Of a stretch of 64,000 bases of DNA, positions 1-11,200 are shown piece after piece. The translations under genes and the position numbers were made by a program. Positions within the stretch are counted from its first letter, which is position 1; each line of letters opens with the position of its first letter. Source of the stretch: Eledone cirrhosa (lineage: Eukaryota); assembly GCA_964016885.1 (NCBI GenBank), contig OZ024744.1:129270001-129334000 (forward strand), in the 5' to 3' direction. Below the pieces are notes generated by a model, which saw only the letters and a list, made by a program, of their open reading frames with translations, did not search any database and was not told where the DNA came from.

Positions 1-2214
1 GTTAAGTTGGGGTTAAGTTAAGTTGCGGTTAAGTTAAGTTGAGGTTAAGTTAAGTTGGGGTTAAGTTAAGTTGGGGTTAATTTAAGTTGGGGCTAAGTTA
101 AGTTGGGGCTAAGTTAAGTTGGGGCTAAGTTAAGTTGGGGTTAAGTTAACTTTGGGTTAAGTTAAGTTGGGTTTGAGTTAAGTTGGGGTTAATTAAGTTG
201 GGGTTAAGTTAAGTTGGGGTTAAGTTAAGTTGGGGTTAAGTTAAGTTGGGGCTAAGTTAAGTTGCGGTTAAGTTAAGTTGATGTTAAGTTAAGTTGGGGT
301 TAAGTTAAGTTGGGGTTAAGTTAAGTTGGGGCTAAGTTAAGTTGGGGCTAATTTAAGTTGGGGCTAAGTTAAGTTGGGGTTAAGTTAAGGTGGGGTTAAG
401 TTAAGTTGGGGTCAACTTAAGTTGGGGTTAAGTTAAGTTGGGGTTAAGTTAAGTTGGGGTTAAGTTAAGTTGGGGTTAAGTTAAGTTGGGGTTACGTTAA
501 GTTGGGGGTAAGTTAAGTTGGTGGTAAGTTAAGATGGGGTTAAGTTAAGTTGGGGTTAATTTAATTTGGGGTTAAGTTAAGTTAGGGTTAAGTTAAGTTG
601 GGGTTATGTTAAGTTGGGGTTAAGTTAAGTTGGGGTTAAGTTAAGTTGGGGTTCAATTAAGTTGCGGTTAATTTAAGTTGGGTTTAAGTTAAGTTGGGGT
701 TAAGTTAAGTTGGGGTTATGTTAAGTTGGTGTTAAGTTAAGTTGGGGTTAAGTTAAGTTGGGGTTAAGTTAAGTTGGGGTTAAGTTAGGTTGGTGTTAAG
801 TTAAGTTGGCGGTAAGTTAAGTTGGGGGTAAGTTAAGTTGGTGTTAAGTTATGTTGGGGTTAAGTTAAGTTGGGGTTAAGTTAAGTTGGGTTTAAGTTAA
901 GTTGGGGCTAAGTTAAGTTAGGGCTAAGTTAAGTTGGGGTTAAGTAAAGTTAGGGCTAAGTTAAGTTGGGGTTAAGTTAAGTTGGGGTTAATTTAAGTTG
1001 GGGTTACATTAAGTTGAGGTTAAGTTAAGTTGGGGTTAAGTTAAGTTGGGTTTAAGTTAAGTTGGGGCTAAGTTAAGTTAGGGCTAAGTTAAGTTGGGGC
1101 TGAGTTAAGTTGAGGTTAAGTTAAGTTGGGGTTGAGTTAAGTTGGGGTTAAGTTAAGTTGGGGTTAAGTTAAGTTGGGGTTAAGTTAAGTTGGGGCTGAG
1201 TTAAGTTGGGATTACGTTAAGTTGGGGTTAAGGTAAGTTGGGGTTAAGTTAAGTTCGGGTTAAGTTAAGTTGGTGTTAAGTTAAGTTGGGGCTGAGTTAA
1301 GTTGGGGCTAAGTTAAGTTGGGTCTAAGTTAAGTTGGGGTTAAGTTAAGTTGGGGTTAAGTTAAGTTGGTGTTAAATTAAGTTGGGGTTAAGTTAAGTTG
1401 GTGTTAAGTTAAGTTGGGGTTAAGTTAAGTTGGGGTTAATTAAGTTGGGCTTAAGTTAAGTTGGGGTTAAGTTAATTGGGGTTAAATTAAGTTAGGGTTG
1501 AGTTAAGTTGGGGTTAAGTTAAGGTGGGGTTAAGTTAAGTTGGGGTCAACTTAAGTTGGGGTTAAGTTAAGTTGGGGTTAAGTTAAGTTGGGGTTAAGTT
1601 AAGTTGGGGTTAAGTTAAGTTGGGGTTACGTTAAGTTGGGGGTAAGTTAAGTTGGTGGTAAGTTAAGATGGGGTTAAGTTAAGTTGGGGTTAATTTAATT
1701 TGGGGTTAAGTTAAGTTAGGGTTAAGTTAAGTTGGGGTTATGTTAAGTTGGGGTTAAGTTAAGTTGGGGTTAAGTTAAGTTGGGGTTCAATTAAGTTGGG
1801 GTTAAGTTAAGTTGGGGGTAAGATAAGTTGGGGTTAGTTAAGTTGGGGTTAAGTTAAGTTGGGGTTAAGTTAAGTTGGGGTTAAGTTAAGTTGGGGTTAA
1901 GTTAAGTTGGGGTTAAGTTAAGTTGGGGTTAAGTTAAGTTGGGGTTAAGTTAAGTTGGTGTTAAATTAAGTTGGGGTTAAGTTAAGTTGGTGTTAAGTTA
2001 AGTTGGGGTTAAGTTAAGTTGGGGTTAATTAAGTTGGGGTTAAGTTAAGTTGGGGTTAAGTTAATTGGGGTTAAATTAAGTTAGGGTTGAGTTAAGTTGG
2101 GGTTAAGTTAAGGTGGGGTTAAGTTAAGTTGGGGTCAACTTAAGTTGGGGTTAAGTTAAGTTGGGGTTAAGTTAAGTTGGGGGTAAGATAAGTTGGGGTT
2201 AGTTAAGTTGGGGT

Positions 2215-5200
2215 TAAGTTAAGTTGGGGTTAAGTTAAGTTGGGGTTAAGTTAAGTTGGGGTTAAGTTAAGTTGGGGTTAAGTTAAGTTGGGGTTAATTT
2301 AAGTTGGGGTTAATTTAAGTTGGGGTTAAGTTAAGTTGGGGTTAAGTTAAGTTGGGGTAAAGTTAAGTTGGGGGTAAGTTAAGTTGGGGTTAAGTTAAGT
2401 TGGGGTTAAGTTGGGGTTAAGTTAAGTTAGGGTTAACTTAAGTTGGGGTTGTGTTAAGTGGTGGTTATGTTAAGTTGGGGTTAAGTTAAATTGGGGTTAA
2501 GTTAGGTTGCGGTTAAGTTAAGTTGGGGTTAAGTTAAGTTGGGGTTAAGTTAATTAGGGTTAAGTTAAGTTGGGGTTAAGTTAAGTTGGGGTTAAGTTAA
2601 TTTGTTGTTAAGTTAAGTTGGGGTTAAGTTAAGTTTGGGTTAAGTTAAGTTGGGGATAATTTAAGTTGGGGATAAGTTAAGTTGGGGTTAATTAAGTTGG
2701 GTTTAAGTTAAGTTGGGGTTAAGTTAAGTTGGGGTTAAGTTAAGTTGGGGTTAAGTTAAGTTGGTTAGTTAAGTTGAGTTTAAGTTAAGTTGGGGTTAAT
2801 TTAAGTTGGGGTTAAGTTAAGTTGGGGTTAATTTAAGTTGGGGTTAAGTTAAGTTGGGGTTAAGTTAAGTTGGGGTTCAGTTAAGTTGGGGTTAAGTTAA
2901 GTTGGGGTTAAGTTGGGGTAAAATTAAGTTGGGGTTAAGTTAAGTTGGGGTTAAGTTAAGTTGGGGTTAAGTTAAGTTGCGGTTAAGTTAAGTTGAGGTT
3001 AAGTTAAGTTGGAGTTAAGTTAAGTTGGGGTTAAGTTAAGTTGGGGCTAAGTTAAGTTGGGGCTAAGTTAAGTTGGGGCTAAGTTAAGTTGGGGTTAAGT
3101 TAACTTTGGGTTAAGTTAAGTTGGGTTTGAGTTAAGTTGGGGTTAATTAAGTTGGGGTTAAGTTAAGTTGGGGTTAAGTTAAGTTGGGGTTAAGTTAAGT
3201 TGGGGTTAAGTTAAGTTGCGGTTAAGTTAAGTTGATGTTAAGTTAAGTTGGGGTTAAGTTAAGTTGGGGTTAAGTTAAGTTGGGGCTAAGTTAAGTTGGA
3301 GCTAAGTTAAGTTGGGGCTAAGTTAAGTTGGGGTTAAGTTAAGTTGGGGTTAAGTTAAGGTGGGGTTAAGTTAAGTTGGGGTTAAGTTAAGTTGGGGTTA
3401 AGTTAAGTTGGGGGTCAGTTAAGTTGGTGGTAAGTTAAGTTGGGGGTAAGTTAAGATGGGGTAAAGTTAAGTTGGGGTTAATTTAATTTGGGGTTAAGTT
3501 AAGTTAGGGTTAAGTTAAGTTGGGGTTGAGTTAAGTTCGGGTTAAGTTAAGTTGGGGTTATGTTAAGTGGGGGTTAAGTTAAGTTGGGGTTAAGTTAAGT
3601 TGGGGTTCAATTAAGTTGCGGATAATTTAAGTTGGGGTTAAGTTAAGTTGGGGTTAAGTTAAGTTGGGGTTAAGTTAAGTTGGGGTTAAATTAAGTTGGG
3701 GTTAAATTAAGTTGGGGTTAAGTTAAGTTGGGGTTATGTTAAGTTGGTGTTAAGTTAAGTTGGGGTTAAGTTAAGTTAGGGTTAAGTTAGGTTGGTGTTA
3801 ATTTAAGTTGGGGGTAAGTTAAGTTGGGGGTAAGTTAAGTTGGTGTTAAGTTAAGTTGGGGTTAAGTTAAGTTGGGGTTAAGTTAAGTTGGGTTTAAGTT
3901 AAGTTGGGGCTAAGTTAAGTTAGGGCTAAGTTAAGTTGGGGTTAAGTAAAGTTAGGGCTAAGTTAAGTTGGGGTTAAGTTAAGTTGGGGTTAATTTAAGT
4001 TGGGGTTACATTAAGTTGAGGTTAAGTTAAGTTGTGGTTAAGTTAAGTTAGGGTTAATTTAAGTTAGGGTTATGTTAAGTTGGGGTTAAGTTAAGTTGGG
4101 GTTAAGTTAGGTTGGTGTTAAGTTAAGTTGGGGTTAAGTTAATTTGTGGTTAAGTTAAGTTGGGGTTAAGTTAAGTTGGGGTTAAGTTCAGTCGGGGTTA
4201 AGTTAAGTCGGGGTTAAGTTAAGTTGTGGTTAAGTTAAGTTGGGGTTAAGTTAAGTTGGGGTTAAAATAAGTTGGGGTTAAGTTAAGTTGGGGTTGAGTT
4301 AAGTTGGGGTTGAGTTAATTTGGGGTTAAGTTAAGTTGGGGTTAACTTAAGTTGGGTTTAATTTAAGTTGGGGTTAATTTAAGTTGGGGTTAAATTAAGT
4401 TGGGGTTAAGTTAAGTTGGGGGTAAGATAAGTTGGGGTTAGTTAAGTTGCGGTTAAGTTAAGTTGGGGTAAAGTTAAGTTGGGGTTAAGTTAAGTTGTGG
4501 TTAAGTTAAGTTGGGGTTAAGTTAAGTTGGGGTTAATTTAAGTTGGGGTTAAGTTAAGTTGGGGTTAATTTAAGTTGGGGTTAATTTAAGTTGGGGTTAA
4601 GTTAAGTTGGGGTTAAGTTAAGTTGGGGTAAAGTTAAGTTGGGGTTAAGTTAAGTTGGGGTTAAGTTAAGTTGGGGTTAAGTTGGGGTTAAGTTAAGTTA
4701 GGGTTAACTTAAGTTGGGGTTGTGTTAAGTGGTGGTTATGTTAAGTGGTGGTTATGTTAAGTTGGGGTTAAGTTAAGTTGCGGTTAATTTAAGTTGGGGT
4801 TAAGTTAAGTTGGGGTTAAGTTAATTAGGGTTAAGTTAAGTTGGGGTTAAGTTAAGTTGGGGTTAAGTTAAGTTGGGGTTAAGTTAAGTCGGGGTTAAGT
4901 TAAGTTAGGGTTAAGTTAAGTTGGGGTTAATTTAAGTTGGGGTTAAGTTAAGTTGAGGTTAAAGTTAAGTAGGGGTTAAATTATGTTGGGGTTAAGTTAA
5001 GTTGGGGATCAGTTAAGTTGGGGATAAGTTAAGTTGGGGTTAATTAAGTTGGGTTTAAGTTAAGTTGGGGTTAAGTTAAGTTGGGGTTAAGTTAAGTTGG
5101 TTAGTTAAGTTGAGTTTAAGTTAAGTTGGGCTTAATTTAAGTTGGGGTTAAGTTAAGTTGGGGTTAAGTTAAGTTGGGGTTAAGTTAAGTTGGGGTAACG

Positions 5201-8200
5201 TTAAGTTGGGGGTAAGTTAAGTTGGGGTTAAGTTAAGTTGGGGTTAAGTTGGGGTTAAGTTAAGTTAGGGTTAACTTAAGTTGGGGTTGTGTTAAGTGGT
5301 GGTTATGTTAAGTGGTGGTTATGTTAAGTTGGGGTTAAGTTAAGTTGGGGTTAAGTTAAGTTGGGGTTAAGTTAAGTTGGGGTTAAGTTAATTAGGGTTA
5401 AGTTAAGTTGGGTTTAAGTTAAGTTGGGGTTAAGTTAATTTGTGGTTAAGTTAAGTTGGGGTTAAGTTAAGTTGGGGATAAGTTAAGTTGGGGATAAGTT
5501 AAGTTGGGGTTAATTAAGTTGGGTTTAAGTTAAGTTGGGGTTAAGTTAAGTTGGGGTTAAGTTAAGTTGGGGTTAAGTTAAGTTGGTTAGTTAAGTTGAG
5601 TTTAAGTTAAGCTGGGGTTAATTTAAGTTGGGGTTAAGTTAAGTTGGGGTTAAGTTAAGTTGGGGTTCAGTTAAGTTGGGGTTAAGTTAAGTGGTGGTTA
5701 TGTTAAGTTGGGGTTAAGTTAAGTTGGGGTTAATTTAAATTGGGGTTAATTTAACTTTGTGGTTAAGTTAAGTTGGGGTTAATTTAAGTTGGGGTTAAGT
5801 TAAGTTGGTGTTAATTTAATTTGTGGTTAAGTTAAGTTGGGGTTAAGTTAAGTTGGGGTTGAGTTAAGCTGGCGTTAAGTTAAGTTGGGGTTAAAATAAG
5901 TTGGGGTTAAGTTAAGTTGGGGTTAAGTTAGGTTGGTGTTAAGTTAAGTTGGGGTTAAGTTAATTTGTGGTTAAGTTAAGTTGGGGTTAAGTTAAGTTGG
6001 GGTTAAGTTCAGTCGGGGTTAAGTTAAGTCGGGGTTAAGTTAAGTTGGGGTTAAGTTAAGTTGCGGTTAAGTTAAGTTGGGGTTAAGTTAAGTTGGGGTT
6101 AAGTTAATTAGGGTTAAGTTAAGTTGGGGTTAAGTTAAGTTGGGGTTAAGTTAAGTTGGGGTTAAGTTAAGTTGGGTTTAAGTTAAGTTGGGGCTAAGTT
6201 AAGTTAGGGCTAAGTTAAGTTGGGGTTCAATTAAGTTGCGGTTAATTTAAGTTGGGTTTAAGTTAAGTTGGGGTTAAGTTAAGTTGGGGTTATGTTAAGT
6301 TGGTGTTAAGTTAAGTTGGGGTTAAGTTAAGTTGGGGTTAAGTTAAGTTGGGGTTAAGTTAGGTTGGTGTTAAGTTAAGTTGGCGGTAAGTTAAGTTGGG
6401 GGTAAGTTAAGTTGGGGTTAAGTTGGGGTTAAGTTAAGGTAGGGTTAACTTAAGTTAGGGTTGTGTTAAGTGGTGGTTATGTTAAGTGGTGGTTATATTA
6501 AGTTAGGGTTAAGTTAAGTTGGGATTAAGTTAAATTGGGGTTAAGTTAAGTTGAGGTTAAGTTAAGTTGGGGTTAAGTTAAGTTGGGGTTAAGTTAATTA
6601 GGGTTAAGTTAAGTTGGGGTTAAGTGAAGTTGGGGTTAAGTTAAGTTGGGGTTAAGTTAAGTTGGGGTTAAGTTAAGTCGGGGTTAAGTTAAGTTAGGGT
6701 TAAGTTAAGTTGGGGTTAATTTAAGTTGGGGTTAAGTTAAGTTGAGGTTAAAGTTAAGTAGGGGTTAAATTATGTTGGGGTTAAGTTAAGTTGGGGTTAA
6801 GTTAAGTTGGGGTTAAGTTAAGTTGGGGATAAGTTAAGATGGGGATAAGTTAAGTTGGGGTTAATTAAGTTGGGTTTAAGTTAAGTTGGGGTTAAGTTAA
6901 GTTGGGGTTAAATTAAGTTGGGGTTAAGTTAAGTTGGTTAGTTAAGTTGAGTTTAAGTTAAGTTGGGCTTAATTTAAGTTGGGGTTAAGTTAAGTTGGGG
7001 TTAAGTTAAGTTGGGGTTAAGTTAAGTTGGGGTTAAGTTAAGTTGGGGTTCAGTCAAGTTGGGGTTAAGTTAAGTTGGGGTTAAGTTGGGGTAAAATTAA
7101 GTTGGGGTTAAGTTAAGTTGGGGTTAAGTTAAGTTGGGGTTAAGTTAAGTTGGGGTTAAGTTAAGTTGCGGTTAAGTTAAGTTGAGGTTAAGTTAAGTTG
7201 GGGTTAAGTTAAGTTGGGGTTAATTTAAGTTGGGGCTAAGTTAAGTTGGGGCTAAGTTAAGTTGGGGCTAAGTTAAGTTGGGGTTAAGTTAACTTTGGGT
7301 TAAGTTAAGTTGGGTTTGAGTTAAGTTGGGGTTAATTAAGTTGGGGTTAAGTTAAGTTGGGGTTAAGTTAAGTTGGGGTTAAGTTAAGTTGGGGCTAAGT
7401 TAAGTTGCGGTTAAGTTAAGTTGATGTTAAGTTAAGTTGGGGTTAAGTTAAGTTGGGGTTAAGTTAAGTTGGGGCTAAGTTAAGTTGGGGCTAAGTTAAG
7501 TTGGGGCTAAGTTAAGTTGGGGTTAAGTTAAGGTGGGGTTAAGTTAAGTTGGGGTCAACTTAAGTTGGGGTTAAGTTAAGTTGGGGTTAAGTTAAGTTGG
7601 GGTTAAGTTAAGTTGGGGTTAAGTTAAGTTGGGGTTACGTTAAGTTGGGGGTAAGTTAAGTTGGTGGTAAGTTAAGATGGGGTTAAGTTAAGTTGGGGTT
7701 AATTTAATTTGGGGTTAAGTTAAGTTAGGGTTAAGTTAAGTTGGGGTTATGTTAAGTTGGGGTTAAGTTAAGTTGGGTTTAAGTTAAGTTGGGGTTCAAT
7801 TAAGTTGCGGTTAATTTAAGTTGGGTTTAAGTTAAGTTGGGGTTAAGTTAAGTTGGGGTTATGTTAAGTTGGTGTTAAGTTAAGTTGGGGTTAAGTTAAG
7901 TTGGGGTTAAGTTAAGTTGGGGTTAAGTTAAGTTGGGGTTAAGTTAAGTTGGGGTTAAGTTAAGTTGGGGTTAAGTTAAGTTGGGGTTAATTTAAGTTGG
8001 GGTTAATTTAAGTTGGGGTTAAGTTAAGTTGGGGTTAAGTTAAGTTGGGGTAAAGTTAAGTTGGGGGTAAGTTAAGTTGGGGTTAAGTTAAGTTGGGGTT
8101 AAGTTGGGGTTAAGTTAAGTTAGGGTTAACTTAAGTTGGGGTTGTGTTAAGTGGTGGTTATGTTAAGTTGGGGTTAAGTTAAATTGGGGTTAAGTTAGGT

Positions 8201-11200
8201 TGCGGTTAAGTTAAGTTGGGGTTAAGTTAAGTTGGGGTTAAGTTAATTAGGGTTAAGTTAAGTTGGGGTTAAGTTAAGTTGGGGTTAAGTTAATTTGTTG
8301 TTAAGTTAAGTTGGGGTTAAGTTAAGTTTGGGTTAAGTTAAGTTGGGGATAATTTAAGTTGGGGATAAGTTAAGTTGGGGTTAATTAAGTTGGGTTTAAG
8401 TTAAGTTGGGGTTAAGTTAAGTTGGGGTTAAGTTAAGTTGGTTAGTTAAGTTGAGTTTAAGTTAAGTTGGGGTTAATTTAAGTTGGGGTTAAGTTAAGTT
8501 GGGGTTAATTTAAGTTGGGGTTAAGTTAAGTTGGGGTTAAGTTAAGTTGGGGTTCAGTTAAGTTGGGGTTAAGTTAAGTTGGGGTTAAGTTGGGGTAAAA
8601 TTAAGTTGGGGTTAAGTTAAGTTGGGGTTAAGTTAAGTTGGGGTTAAGTTAAGTTGCGGTTAAGTTAAGTTGAGGTTAAGTTAAGTTGGAGTTAAGTTAA
8701 GTTGGGGTTAAGTTAAGTTGGGGCTAAGTTAAGTTGGGGCTAAGTTAAGTTGGGGCTAAGTTAAGTTGGGGTTAAGTTAACTTTGGGTTAAGTTAAGTTG
8801 GGTTTGAGTTAAGTTGGGGTTAATTAAGTTGGGGTTAAGTTAAGTTGGGGTTAAGTTAAGTTGGGGTTAAGTTAAGTTGGGGTTAAGTTAAGTTGCGGTT
8901 AAGTTAAGTTGATGTTAAGTTAAGTTGGGGTTAAGTTAAGTTGGGGTTAAGTTAAGTTGGGGCTAAGTTAAGTTGGAGCTAAGTTAAGTTGGGGCTAAGT
9001 TAAGTTGGGGTTAAGTTAAGTTGGGGTTAAGTTAAGGTGGGGTTAAGTTAAGTTGGGGTTAAGTTAAGTTGGGGTTAAGTTAAGTTGGGGGTCAGTTAAG
9101 TTGGTGGTAAGTTAAGTTGGGGGTAAGTTAAGATGGGGTAAAGTTAAGTTGGGGTTAATTTAATTTGGGGTTAAGTTAAGTTAGGGTTAAGTTAAGTTGG
9201 GGTTGAGTTAAGTTCGGGTTAAGTTAAGTTGGGGTTATGTTAAGTGGGGGTTAAGTTAAGTTGGGGTTAAGTTAAGTTGGGGTTCAATTAAGTTGCGGAT
9301 AATTTAAGTTGGGGTTAAGTTAAGTTGGGGTTAAGTTAAGTTGGGGTTAAGTTAAGTTGGGGTTAAATTAAGTTGGGGTTAAATTAAGTTGGGGTTAAGT
9401 TAAGTTGGGGTTATGTTAAGTTGGTGTTAAGTTAAGTTGGGGTTAAGTTAAGTTAGGGTTAAGTTAGGTTGGTGTTAATTTAAGTTGGGGGTAAGTTAAG
9501 TTGGGGGTAAGTTAAGTTGGTGTTAAGTTAAGTTGGGGTTAAGTTAAGTTGGGGTTAAGTTAAGTTGGGTTTAAGTTAAGTTGGGGCTAAGTTAAGTTAG
9601 GGCTAAGTTAAGTTGGGGTTAAGTAAAGTTAGGGCTAAGTTAAGTTGGGGTTAAGTTAAGTTGGGGTTAATTTAAGTTGGGGTTACATTAAGTTGAGGTT
9701 AAGTTAAGTTGTGGTTAAGTTAAGTTAGGGTTAATTTAAGTTAGGGTTATGTTAAGTTGGGGTTAAGTTAAGTTGGGGTTAAGTTAGGTTGGTGTTAAGT
9801 TAAGTTGGGGTTAAGTTAATTTGTGGTTAAGTTAAGTTGGGGTTAAGTTAAGTTGGGGTTAAGTTCAGTCGGGGTTAAGTTAAGTCGGGGTTAAGTTAAG
9901 TTGTGGTTAAGTTAAGTTGGGGTTAAGTTAAGTTGGGGTTAAATTAAGTTGGGGTTAAGTTAAGTTGGGGTTGAGTTAAGTTGGGGTTGAGTTAATTTGG
10001 GGTTAAGTTAAGTTGGGGTTAACTTAAGTTGGGTTTAATTTAAGTTGGGGTTAATTTAAGTTGGGGTTAAATTAAGTTGGGGTTAAGTTAAGTTGGGGGT
10101 AAGATAAGTTGGGGTTAGTTAAGTTGCGGTTAAGTTAAGTTGGGGTAAAGTTAAGTTGGGGTTAAGTTAAGTTGTGGTTAAGTTAAGTTGGGGTTAAGTT
10201 AAGTTGGGGTTAATTTAAGTTGGGGTTAAGTTAAGTTGGGGTTAATTTAAGTTGGGGTTAATTTAAGTTGGGGTTAAGTTAAGTTGGGGTTAAGTTAAGT
10301 TGGGGTAAAGTTAAGTTGGGGTTAAGTTAAGTTGGGGTTAAGTTAAGTTGGGGTTAAGTTGGGGTTAAGTTAAGTTAGGGTTAACTTAAGTTGGGGTTGT
10401 GTTAAGTGGTGGTTATGTTAAGTGGTGGTTATGTTAAGTTGGGGTTAAGTTAAGTTGCGGTTAATTTAAGTTGGGGTTAAGTTAAGTTGGGGTTAAGTTA
10501 ATTAGGGTTAAGTTAAGTTGGGGTTAAGTTAAGTTGGGGTTAAGTTAAGTTGGGGTTAAGTTAAGTCGGGGTTAAGTTAAGTTAGGGTTAAGTTAAGTTG
10601 GGGTTAATTTAAGTTGGGGTTAAGTTAAGTTGAGGTTAAAGTTAAGTAGGGGTTAAATTATGTTGGGGTTAAGTTAAGTTGGGGATCAGTTAAGTTGGGG
10701 ATAAGTTAAGTTGGGGTTAATTAAGTTGGGTTTAAGTTAAGTTGGGGTTAAGTTAAGTTGGGGTTAAGTTAAGTTGGTTAGTTAAGTTGAGTTTAAGTTA
10801 AGTTGGGCTTAATTTAAGTTGGGGTTAAGTTAAGTTGGGGTTAAGTTAAGTTGGGGTTAAGTTAAGTTGGGGTAACGTTAAGTTGGGGGTAAGTTAAGTT
10901 GGGGTTAAGTTAAGTTGGGGTTAAGTTGGGGTTAAGTTAAGTTAGGGTTAACTTAAGTTGGGGTTGTGTTAAGTGGTGGTTATGTTAAGTGGTGGTTATG
11001 TTAAGTTGGGGTTAAGTTAAGTTGGGGTTAAGTTAAGTTGGGGTTAAGTTAAGTTGGGGTTAAGTTAATTAGGGTTAAGTTAAGTTGGGTTTAAGTTAAG
11101 TTGGGGTTAAGTTAATTTGTGGTTAAGTTAAGTTGGGGTTAAGTTAAGTTGGGGATAAGTTAAGTTGGGGATAAGTTAAGTTGGGGTTAATTAAGTTGGG

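Noticed and set aside
582-587. Canonical TTAGGG/TTAGG telomere tract
   Set aside because: These occur only as isolated single-base variants of TTGGGG or TTAAG, never as tandem runs.
4729-4752. Chi-like GTGGTGG motif
   Set aside because: It does not match E. coli Chi (GCTGGTGG), is explained as a variant of GTTGGGG, and nothing suggests a bacterial context.
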